In this document: positions 29,729-38,978 of the stretch, piece by piece | Position numbering within the stretch: position 1 is the stretch's first letter | Layout: the number at the start of each line of letters is the position of its first letter | NCBI GenBank assembly: GCA_945888375.1 | Contig: CAMCZZ010000007.1 | Location: 689 to 64,688 of the forward strand | Source of the DNA: Akkermansia muciniphila | Lineage (GTDB): Bacteria; Verrucomicrobiota; Verrucomicrobiia; Opitutales; Opitutaceae | Length of the DNA stretch: 64,000 nucleotides | Direction of reading: 5' to 3' | Made by a program: the position numbers and the translations under genes | The notes under the pieces: model-generated | The model's input: only the letters and a program-made list of their open reading frames with translations | Database searches by the model: none | What the model was told of the DNA's origin: nothing

Positions 29729-30506
29729 CGGCCTCCGCTCTGACTCGCATTTCGGAGCGAATCTTTTCCATCGCATACCATCCAAACCGGGTAGAAGTCT
29801 GTCGGGTGATGTCGCCGCCTCCGGTGAAGCGGTTTTTGGAGAACCATTCGCCGCAGAAGCGTTCGACTATCACACTGGCCTCGCTGGTGTGTTTCGCCAT
29901 CGCCTCCTGAAAATCGGCCACTTGGGCGGTCGTGGCGAAGCGATGGCCGGCGCCAACCCTCGAGTGAAGGGTCTTTGATAAAAAGTATTCGAGGCAACTG
30001 CGGGAAACGCCTTCGAAGAAGGTTCTGGCCACTCCTGAAAACTCGGAGGGCCTGCCAAGCTTCGCGAGAGCGCCATGAACATCCGCAGCGGTGGGGGTAA
30101 AAAGAGGGCCAAGACCGTTTTCCAGGTGGCGAGTTATCGCGCCGACCAATGCATTTTGAGCGACTTCACCGAAATCGGTCTGACTGCCGCGCGCTTGGGT
30201 CTTGGCGTCCAATGTGCGATGAATTGCGCTGGCGACCTCCGCGATGGAGCTTCGCTCCGAAAGGGAAAAACCATGCTTGGCGAGGTGCGCCGATGGATCG
30301 GGTTTCTTGGCGGAAACCGCCAGTTGGGTCAAAAGGGCTGCCGCCTCGGCAAACCCGGGATCCTTTTGGATGCACTCGAAGGCCTTGTCCGCCGCCTGCC
30401 AGGTTGCCTCCGCGACTTGGCCAACGTCGGCACCATCGGCGAGCAGTTCGACGACAGCGCGCCAAGGTCTGGTGGATGGAAGGATACCAAGTCGAACGTG
30501 CCCCAT
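29718..30506 (-). CDS. Hypothetical protein, partner of the QueC-like gene (no recognisable motif)
   Basis: 262 aa from the ATG at 30506, or 267 aa from the TTG at 30521. Translationally coupled to the QueC-like gene. Preceded by an AT-richer 80-nt region. Confidence 0.5.
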   Translation of the reverse strand: MGHVRLGILPSTRPWRAVVELLADGADVGQVAEATWQAADKAFECIQKDPGFAEAAALLTQLAVSAKKPDPSAHLAKHGFSLSERSSIAEVASAIHRTLDAKTQARGSQTDFGEVAQNALVGAITRHLENGLGPLFTPTAADVHGALAKLGRPSEFSGVARTFFEGVSRSCLEYFLSKTLHSRVGAGHRFATTAQVADFQEAMAKHTSEASVIVERFCGEWFSKNRFTGGGDITRQTSTRFGWYAMEKIRSEMRVRAEADAN

Positions 30507-30600
30507 GAATCGTTGGGACAATACAGCAGTAGGGGAGCCAGAAGTTACACAAGCTTAGAGTTTATGCTTATTTTCTAAACCGCGCACGTGATCGTTTTGA

Positions 30601-30834
30601 TCAGCCGCGAGCCGGAATCTTGAGCTTGGTTCGGATGTGAATGCCGACCTCGGCGGCGTCGTAATAGACGAAGTGGCCGACGCGGTGATGGGGAATGCGG
30701 CGGAGCTTCGTCCACTCGCGGAGGGTGCGAATCGAGGGCTCGCGGCCGGTCGGAAAGATGCCGGAGGCGCGGAGACCGACGATGTCGGTGAGCTGGGAGT
30801 TCAGGCAGGGAGCGGAAACAGGAAGAGGATTCAT
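30601..30834 (-). CDS. Excisionase / AlpA-like HTH DNA-binding protein
   Basis: 77 aa. SIRTLREWTKLRRIPHHRVGHFVYYDAAEV matches the MerR-superfamily excisionase-type HTH. Lies adjacent to the integrase. Confidence 0.65.
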   Translation of the reverse strand: MNPLPVSAPCLNSQLTDIVGLRASGIFPTGREPSIRTLREWTKLRRIPHHRVGHFVYYDAAEVGIHIRTKLKIPARG

Positions 30835-30929
30835 GCACTGGGCGCGGTGTCATGGGTTGGCGCATGGGGATGCACGGGGCACGAAAAAGCCCGCGTCGGT
30901 GAGGACGCGGGCGAGTGCGGGTCGGGCGA

Positions 30930-32153
30930 TTAGCTTGCCGCAGCAAGCGACGGGGCCGGACAGGGGAACCGCAGCGCGCCTGTTTCGGCGATGGAGGGCG
31001 CGGCCTCCGTCGGCTGGATTGAGAAAAAGCGCTCCGCCTCGTCCTTGGTTTTCAAGTCGAGGTAGTGCTTGCGGATGATGCTCTCGGAGTTGCCAGCCTG
31101 CAAAGCGGCCTCGCCCATCGAGCGGTATTTGGCGACGTGCATCGAAATGAACGTGTGACGCATGATGTCGTGAGACAGGCCGAAGGTCTTGGCGATGGCG
31201 GCGCGCTCGTGCTGGAGGTTTGGCGCGATGATCGGGAAGCGGTCGAGGGGGTAGGCGCGGAGCCAGGCGGCGAGGTTGGGCTGAATCTCGACGCTGCGTT
31301 TCATGCGAACCTTCGAGACCTCGGGCTCGATCAGGATGACGCCCGTATCGAGACGGATGTCCTCCGGGCGGAGCTTGAGAATCTCGCCGGTGCGGACGCA
31401 CGGCCGGATGCCGGCGAAAAGTGCGAGGGCGAAGAATGGGACGAGTGCGCCGCCGTCGATCTGCTCGACGTGCCGCATGAGCTTCGCGGACTGCTCGGCG
31501 CTCAAGGTCTTGGCGGAGCCGCGACGATGGGCGACGCGAAGATGGGGCACCTTTTCGAGCGGATTGGCCGCGACCCAGTCTTGGCAGAACGCGAATTTGA
31601 GAAAGGTGAAGAGAATGCCGCGACGGTTGTTGAAGGTCTTCGGCTTCGGGTTGCCGCGCTGGCAATGCTGGGCCAAGGCCTCGCGGGAGAGCGTGGAGAG
31701 AACGCGACCGGGGAAAGCCTCGTCGAGGTCTTCGAGACGAAGGCGGATGTCCTTCAACTGGCAGGCGGAGAGCAAACCGCGCTCGTGCTCCTGCTTCTTG
31801 GTGGCGAGGTAAGCGGCCGTGGCCAGCTCGACCGTGATCTCGCGCTCGGGCGGGCGGTAGTTGGCTAGGGCGTAATCGAGGTAGAACGAGAGCGACTTGG
31901 GCGCGCCGTCGAGGCGACGGAACACGGACTCCGCCTCGCGGAGCTGGTCGTCGGAGAGGAAGGTCGAAGCGGCGCGGACGTTGGAGATGGCCTGCGCGGC
32001 CTTCGCCTCAAGGGCGGCTTTCTCTACGGCGGCCTCCTCGCGGGACTTGAAGTTTTTGCGGATGCGGACGCCGTGGAGCCAACCAGAGATGCGCCACGAG
32101 ATGACGCCGTTACGATTTTCAAAGCGGGAAACGTCGAATGAATTGTCAGGCAT
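30930..32153 (-). CDS. int: Tyrosine recombinase / phage-type integrase
   Basis: ATG at 32153. The longer track ORF runs into the tRNA and was trimmed. The catalytic region contains LFAGIRPC (Arg), HDIMRHTFISM (His-x-x-Arg) and IIRKHYL (Tyr). Lies next to the 3' end of the tRNA. Confidence 0.85.
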   Translation of the reverse strand: MPDNSFDVSRFENRNGVISWRISGWLHGVRIRKNFKSREEAAVEKAALEAKAAQAISNVRAASTFLSDDQLREAESVFRRLDGAPKSLSFYLDYALANYRPPEREITVELATAAYLATKKQEHERGLLSACQLKDIRLRLEDLDEAFPGRVLSTLSREALAQHCQRGNPKPKTFNNRRGILFTFLKFAFCQDWVAANPLEKVPHLRVAHRRGSAKTLSAEQSAKLMRHVEQIDGGALVPFFALALFAGIRPCVRTGEILKLRPEDIRLDTGVILIEPEVSKVRMKRSVEIQPNLAAWLRAYPLDRFPIIAPNLQHERAAIAKTFGLSHDIMRHTFISMHVAKYRSMGEAALQAGNSESIIRKHYLDLKTKDEAERFFSIQPTEAAPSIAETGALRFPCPAPSLAAAS

Positions 32154-32222
32154 TTTAGGTTGCCATGCCAAGTGGCAACCTAGCTGAACCGTTTCCGTAA
32201 GTCGCTCTTGTGGAGCGGTTAA

Positions 32223-32312
<90 letters not shown>

Positions 32313-32545
32313 AGGTTGCTGAATCGTCGCGGGCCGCGAGGCCTTTGGCGATGGGCGAAGGAAAAGAAAAACGCTTCTGCCTAGCCTAGGTCAATGGCGA
32401 AAATAATTCCAACCGCATCCTTTTCCAGCGTCCTGACCTTTTCGTTGGGCCGGGTTGGGAAATGCTGCTTGCGCGGCCTTGGTCCCATGCTTCTTTCTCG
32501 CCGCTCACTCACGCCCACTTTCCACGCCCAACGCCGCATTCCACC

Positions 32546-33058
32546 ATGGTAACTCCGAATTCCGAGCTGGCCTATAACACTAAGATCGAGGGCGACATCG
32601 TCGTGACCAGAGTTGACGCCGTGATCAACTGGCTACGCTCCAGCTCCGTCTGGCCCATGCCCATGGGCCTGGCTTGTTGCGCGATCGAACTGATGGCCAC
32701 CGCCTCCAGTCGCTTCGACATCGCTCGTTTCGGCGCCGAGGTCTTCCGCTTTTCCCCCCGCCAGGCCGACTGCATGATCGTCGCCGGGACCGTCACCTAC
32801 AAGATGGCCCCTCACCTCCGGCGCATTTACGACCAGATGGCTGAGCCCAAGTGGGTCATCGCGATGGGTGCCTGCGCTTCCTCCGGTGGCATGTATCGCA
32901 GCTACGCCACCCTTCAGGGCGTGGACCGCATCGTTCCGGTTGACGTCTATATCTCCGGCTGCCCCCCGCGGCCCGAGGCGTTGCTCGACGCCTTGATCAA
33001 GCTGCAGGACAAGATGACCCGCAACGGCGGCACCGCCAAACAACTCCTCTCGGCCTGA
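32546..33058 (+). CDS. nuoB: NADH-quinone oxidoreductase subunit B
   Basis: ATG at 32546. [15 protein letters not shown], and the [10 protein letters not shown] cluster-N2 cysteine motifs. Confidence 0.93.
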   Translation: MVTPNSELAYNTKIEGDIVVTRVDAVINWLRSSSVWPMPMGLACCAIELMATASSRFDIARFGAEVFRFSPRQADCMIVAGTVTYKMAPHLRRIYDQMAEPKWVIAMGACASSGGMYRSYATLQGVDRIVPVDVYISGCPPRPEALLDALIKLQDKMTRNGGTAKQLLSA

Positions 33059-33101
33059 GCGCCGCTCCGGCCTTCCCGTTTCCGAATCTCGCCTCCCGCT
33101 C

Positions 33102-33746
33102 ATGTCCTCCCCCGCCGCCGCTCCCGCGACCGATCTGCTCGCCGTCTTGCAAGCCCGGTTTCCCGCCGCCGTCGCGCGCCCCAGTGGCGACCATCCCGCC
33201 TTCAATCTGCCCATGGCCGAGGTGCCCGCCGCCCTGCGTCTGCTGAGGGATGAACACGGCTACGATCTCCTGATCGACGTCACCGCCGTGGACTGGGACG
33301 TCGAGGCGAGCCCGCGTTTTTCCGTCGTCTGGCATCTGCTCTCCTCCACCGCCCATGGGTATGTCCGTATCGTGGCGGCTTGCGCCGACGACGCCGAACC
33401 CACCGCGCCGAGCGTGGTTTCTCTGTGGGCCGGGGCCAATTGGCACGAGCGCGAGACTTTCGACCTGATGGGTATCCGCTTCACCGATCACCCCGATCTG
33501 CGGCGTATTTTAATGTGGGACGGCTATCCCTTCCACCCCCTTCGAAAGGATTTCCCGCTGGCTGGGATCGAGACCCCGCTACCCGACCTCGAGGTCGCCG
33601 ATATCACCAAGGCCACCGTCCTCCCCGCCCCCATGATGGGCGGCCCCTTTGTCGCCTCCACCGGCGAGATGAACCTCACCGAAGCCGAGCCGCGCGCCAA
33701 GGACGAGTCCTGGAACGAACGCAACGCCAAGCCCGCCGTCCTCTGA
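33102..33746 (+). CDS. nuoC: NADH-quinone oxidoreductase subunit C
   Basis: ANWHERETFDLMGIRFTDHPDLRRIL signature. Confidence 0.9.
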   Translation: MSSPAAAPATDLLAVLQARFPAAVARPSGDHPAFNLPMAEVPAALRLLRDEHGYDLLIDVTAVDWDVEASPRFSVVWHLLSSTAHGYVRIVAACADDAEPTAPSVVSLWAGANWHERETFDLMGIRFTDHPDLRRILMWDGYPFHPLRKDFPLAGIETPLPDLEVADITKATVLPAPMMGGPFVASTGEMNLTEAEPRAKDESWNERNAKPAVL

Positions 33747-33778
33747 GCCCTGCCTCGCAACCCGCAAACTTTCCCTCC

Positions 33779-35017
33779 GTGCCTACCGATTACGCTTTCC
33801 CTGACAGCGCCGCGAAGACCGCGAACGCCATCGAGGCTCCCGAGTTCCAGACCGAGAAGATGTCCCTCTCGATGGGGCCATCCCATCCCTCGACCCACGG
33901 CGTGCTCCGCCTCCAGCTCGAGCTCGACGGTGAGATCGTGACGGGTTGCGACCCGGTCCTCGGCTACCTCCACCGCGGTGACGAAAAGATCGCCGAGAAC
34001 ATGACCTACAACCAGTTCGTGCCCTACACGGACCGGTTGGATTACCTCGCCCCGCTGGCCAACAACGTCGCCTACGCCTGCGCCGTCGAGCGCCTTGCCA
34101 AACTCGAGGTGCCCGAGCGATGCCAGGCCATCCGCGTGATCTGCTCCGAGATGGCGCGCGTTTCCGCCCACCTCCTCGGCCTCGGCGCCTATGGTATCGA
34201 CGTAGGCGCCTGGGCCATTTTCCTCTACACCTTCACCGAGCGCGAAAAGCTTTATAAACTCTTCGAGGAGCTCACCGGCGCCCGCTTCACCACCAGTTAC
34301 ACCCGTATCGGCGGGGTCGCCCGCGATGTGCCCGAGGGCTGGGTCGAGAAAGTGGACGCCTTCTGCGATCAGTTCCTGCCGATTTTGGAGAACATCCTTA
34401 ATCTCCTGACTCGCAACAAGATCTTCATCGACCGCACCCAGGGTGTGGGCATCATCTCGAAGGCTGACGCCCTGGCCTACGGCCTTACCGGCCCCAATCT
34501 GCGCGGCTCCGGCGTCCCGCTCGATCTGCGCAAGGACAAGCCCTACTCCGGCTATGAGCGCTACGAGTTCGACGTCGCCATCGGCGCGCACGGCGACTGT
34601 TTCGACCGCTACATGGTGCGCGGCGAGGAGATGCGCCAGTCGGTGCGCATCATCAAGCAGGCCATCAAGAGTTTCCCCAAGGGCGACTGGTATTCCAAGG
34701 ATGCCGTGCGCATCTTCGCGCCGCGCAAGGACAAGGTCCTCACCAGCATGGAGGAGTTGATCAACAACTTCATGATCACCACCGAGGGCCCCCAGATGCC
34801 TTCCGGCGAGGTTTACTTCGAGGCCGAGGTGCCAAAGGGCGCGCTGGGCTTCTTCATCGTCAGCAAGGGTGGGGGAGTGCCCTACCGCATGAAGATCCGC
34901 AGCCCCAGCTTCTGCAACCTCTCCATCCTGCCCAAGGTCTGCCAAGGCAACCTTGTCTCCGACGTCGTCTCCATTCTCGGTTCCCTCGACTTCGTGATGG
35001 GCGAGTGCGACCGGTGA
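33779..35017 (+). CDS. nuoD: NADH-quinone oxidoreductase subunit D
   Basis: An in-frame GTG at 33779 gives 412 aa. MGPSHPSTHGVLRL near the N-terminus and the C-terminal LGSLDFVMGECDR motif. Confidence 0.9.
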   Translation: MPTDYAFPDSAAKTANAIEAPEFQTEKMSLSMGPSHPSTHGVLRLQLELDGEIVTGCDPVLGYLHRGDEKIAENMTYNQFVPYTDRLDYLAPLANNVAYACAVERLAKLEVPERCQAIRVICSEMARVSAHLLGLGAYGIDVGAWAIFLYTFTEREKLYKLFEELTGARFTTSYTRIGGVARDVPEGWVEKVDAFCDQFLPILENILNLLTRNKIFIDRTQGVGIISKADALAYGLTGPNLRGSGVPLDLRKDKPYSGYERYEFDVAIGAHGDCFDRYMVRGEEMRQSVRIIKQAIKSFPKGDWYSKDAVRIFAPRKDKVLTSMEELINNFMITTEGPQMPSGEVYFEAEVPKGALGFFIVSKGGGVPYRMKIRSPSFCNLSILPKVCQGNLVSDVVSILGSLDFVMGECDR

Positions 35018-35033
35018 ATTCGAAACCGAATTT

Positions 35034-35123
35034 CCCACGAAACACACGAAAACACACGAAAAAACAATCCATCGCCCGACCCGCCGAATCTGACCTTTTG
35101 TGTCATTTCGTGTGTTTCGTGGG
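35034..35123. repeat. Intercistronic inverted-repeat element, family A copy 1 (nuoD/nuoE gap)
   Basis: Left arm CCCACGAAACACACGAAAACACACGAAAAAA, right arm TTTTGTGTCATTTCGTGTGTTTCGTGGG. 18 nt are perfectly complementary. Spacer ~32 nt. Confidence 0.85.
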
Positions 35124-35150
35124 CACCAATCTTCCTCCCTTTAGACTTCC

Positions 35151-35639
35151 GTGAATCTCAAGCCCGAAACCTTCCAGCGTATTGACGAAGTCATCACGCA
35201 TTATCCGGTTAAGCGCAGCGCCACCCTGCCGCTCCTGCACCTCGTGCAGGAGGATGCCGGCTACATCTCCGAGGAGGCCATTCTCTGGATCGCGCAAAAG
35301 CTCGAACTCCAGCCGATCAACGTCCTCGAGGTCGTGACGTTCTACCCGATGTTCCGCCGCGCCCCCATCGGTCGCCGTCACATCAAGGTCTGCCGCACCC
35401 TTTCCTGCGCCCTCCTCGGCGGCTACAAGACCTGCGAGACCTTCCAGGAGGAGTTCAAGACCACCCTCGGCGCCACTTCGCCCTGCGGCGAGGTCACGGT
35501 CGATTTTGTCGAGTGCCTCGCCTCCTGCGGCACCGCCCCAGTCGTTCTGATCGACGAAGTTCTCCACGAGAAGGTGGATGCGACCAAGGCCCGCCAGATT
35601 AGCGCCCAGATCCGCGCCGAAGCCGCCGCCCGCCAGTAG
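35151..35639 (+). CDS. nuoE: NADH-quinone oxidoreductase subunit E (2Fe-2S)
   Basis: Thioredoxin-like 2Fe-2S Cys pattern (KVCRTLSC ... ECLASCGTAPV). GTG start at 35151. Confidence 0.88.
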   Translation: MNLKPETFQRIDEVITHYPVKRSATLPLLHLVQEDAGYISEEAILWIAQKLELQPINVLEVVTFYPMFRRAPIGRRHIKVCRTLSCALLGGYKTCETFQEEFKTTLGATSPCGEVTVDFVECLASCGTAPVVLIDEVLHEKVDATKARQISAQIRAEAAARQ

Positions 35640-35644
35640 TCTCT

Positions 35645-35667
35645 CCTACTCGCTACCCGCTACTCAC
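35645..35667 (+). repeat. Shared pyrimidine-rich leader repeat, family D copy 1 (nuoE/nuoF gap)
   Basis: CCTACTCGCTACCCGCTACTCAC is identical over 23 nt to the nuoJ/nuoK gap copy. It follows the stop codon context GTAGTC in both places. Confidence 0.8.
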
Positions 35668-35688
35668 CACTCGCCCCTTTTTTCTCCG

Positions 35689-37047
<1,359 letters not shown>

Positions 37048-37054
37048 AGACCTT

Positions 37055-37146
37055 GCCCACGAAACACACGAAATCACACGAAAACCAAACCCGCGCACCC
37101 GATTCTCCGATTCCGACTTTCGTGTCTTTTCGTGTGTTTCGTGGGC
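37055..37146. repeat. Intercistronic inverted-repeat element, family A copy 2 (nuoF/nuoG gap)
   Basis: Left arm GCCCACGAAACACACGAAATCACACGAAAA, right arm CTTTCGTGTCTTTTCGTGTGTTTCGTGGGC. Same arm sequence as copy 1. Confidence 0.85.
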
Positions 37147-37178
37147 CCAAATTTCCGTCCCGTCTTTAATTCTTCGCA

Positions 37179-38867
37179 ATGATCGCCGCTCCCAAACCCG
37201 ACCTCGTCACCGTCAACATCGACGGCGTGGACATCGCCGTGCCGAAGGGCACCAACGTCATCGAGGCCGCCAAGCAGCTCCAAAAGGACGTCCCGCACTA
37301 CTGCTATCACCCGAAGCTCACCGTCGCCGGCAACTGCCGTATGTGTATGGTGGAGATGGGTATGCCCGCCGTGGACCCCGCCACCAAGGCCCCGGTGATG
37401 GACGCCGCCACCGGCAAGCAGAAGATCAACTGGATCCCCCGCCCCCAGATCGGCTGCGGCACCACCGTCGCCCCGGGCATGCACATCAAGACGTCCTCGC
37501 CCATGGTGAAGGACGCCCGCGAAGGCGTGATGGAGTTCCTCCTCGTCAACCACCCGCTCGATTGCCCGATCTGCGACCAGGCCGGCGAGTGCAAACTCCA
37601 GGAGCAGGCCACCGGCTACGGTCGCGGCTACTCCCGCTTCATCGAGGAGAAAAACGTCAAACCCAAGCGCACCCAGCTCGGGCCCCGCGTCACCCTCGAC
37701 GACGAGCGCTGCATCCTCTGCTCCCGTTGCGTGCGTTTCTCCAAGGAGATCGCCCAGGACGACGTGCTCGGCTTCGTCGACCGCGGCAGCTACTCGACCC
37801 TCACCTGCCACCCCGGCAAGAAGCTGGAGAACAACTACTCCCTCAACACGGTGGACATCTGCCCGGTCGGCGCCCTCACCAGCACCGATTTCCGCTTTAA
37901 GATGCGCGTCTGGTTCCTGAAGCAGACCAACACCATCGACATCGAGTCCTCCGTCGGCGTGAACGCCATGGTCTGGTCGCGCGAGGGCGTGATTTACCGC
38001 CTTACCCCGCGGCGCAACGACGAGGTCAACGACACCTGGATGGCTGATTCCGGCCGCCTGCTCTACAAGCAGGTCGCCGCCGCCGACCGTCTCGGTGCCG
38101 TCGCCGTCAATGGCGCCGCATCCAGCCACGATAGCGCGATTAACGCCGCCGCCGAGTTGCTCAAGGCCGGCTCGGTCGCCCTCGTGGGTTCCGGTCGCGC
38201 CTCGGTGGAGGAGCAATTCCTCCTCAAGAAGCTCGCCGACCAGCTCGGCGTGAATGCGTCCCTCGTGGCCCGCACCGCTGCGGGCGACAAGTTGCTCATC
38301 TCCGCCGACCGCAACCCGAACGTCCGCGGAGCCCTCGTGACCGGCCTCGTTTCCGCGCTGCCCGCCGCCCAGCTGACCCAGCTCGCGGCCGACATCGACG
38401 CCGGTAAGGTGAAGACCGTCCTTTCCCACGGCGAAGACCTCGTTGCCGCCGGCCTCACCGCCGCGCAGCTCGCCAAGGTTTCGATCATCTACCTCGGCAC
38501 CCACGTCAACCCCACCAGCGCCGCCGCGAAGGTCGTGGTGCCCACCCTGCACACGTTCGAGAAGGCCGGCACCTTCGTGAACCAGCAGTTCCGCATCCAG
38601 AAGTTCGCCGCCGCCGTCCCCGGTCCGCAGGGCGCGAGCAACGACCTCATGGTCCTGGCCAAGCTCCTCTCCGCCCTCGGTGCCGCCGCACCCGCCAGCG
38701 ACGTCCACGGTCTCTGGACCACCCTCGCCGCCGCCGTCCCCGCCTTGGCCACGATGCTCTACAAGAACATCCCCGAGACCGGCCTCCTGCTCGACGCTAC
38801 CCCGTGGGCCGGCCTGCCCTTCGTCGAAGGTGAGACCCTGAAATTCAAACCGGCGGCCGCCGCCTGA
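37179..38867 (+). CDS. nuoG: NADH-quinone oxidoreductase subunit G (short form)
   Basis: N-terminal 2Fe-2S and 4Fe-4S motifs (CYHPKLTVAGNCRMCMVE, HPLDCPICDQAGECKLQ, CILCSRCVRF). Confidence 0.9.
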   Translation: MIAAPKPDLVTVNIDGVDIAVPKGTNVIEAAKQLQKDVPHYCYHPKLTVAGNCRMCMVEMGMPAVDPATKAPVMDAATGKQKINWIPRPQIGCGTTVAPGMHIKTSSPMVKDAREGVMEFLLVNHPLDCPICDQAGECKLQEQATGYGRGYSRFIEEKNVKPKRTQLGPRVTLDDERCILCSRCVRFSKEIAQDDVLGFVDRGSYSTLTCHPGKKLENNYSLNTVDICPVGALTSTDFRFKMRVWFLKQTNTIDIESSVGVNAMVWSREGVIYRLTPRRNDEVNDTWMADSGRLLYKQVAAADRLGAVAVNGAASSHDSAINAAAELLKAGSVALVGSGRASVEEQFLLKKLADQLGVNASLVARTAAGDKLLISADRNPNVRGALVTGLVSALPAAQLTQLAADIDAGKVKTVLSHGEDLVAAGLTAAQLAKVSIIYLGTHVNPTSAAAKVVVPTLHTFEKAGTFVNQQFRIQKFAAAVPGPQGASNDLMVLAKLLSALGAAAPASDVHGLWTTLAAAVPALATMLYKNIPETGLLLDATPWAGLPFVEGETLKFKPAAAA

Positions 38868-38877
38868 TCTCAGAATT

Positions 38878-38964
38878 AAGCGCAAAGACGCAAAGAAGCT
38901 AAGTTCAAACCCAAGATTTCCTCCCTACTTTTTTCGACCTTCGCGACTTCGCGTCTTCGCGCTT
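38878..38964. repeat. Intercistronic inverted-repeat element, family B copy 1 (nuoG/nuoH gap)
   Basis: Left arm AAGCGCAAAGACGCAAAGAAGCTAAG, right arm CTTCGCGACTTCGCGTCTTCGCGCTT. Confidence 0.85.
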
Positions 38965-38978
38965 CAACTCTTTCCGAC

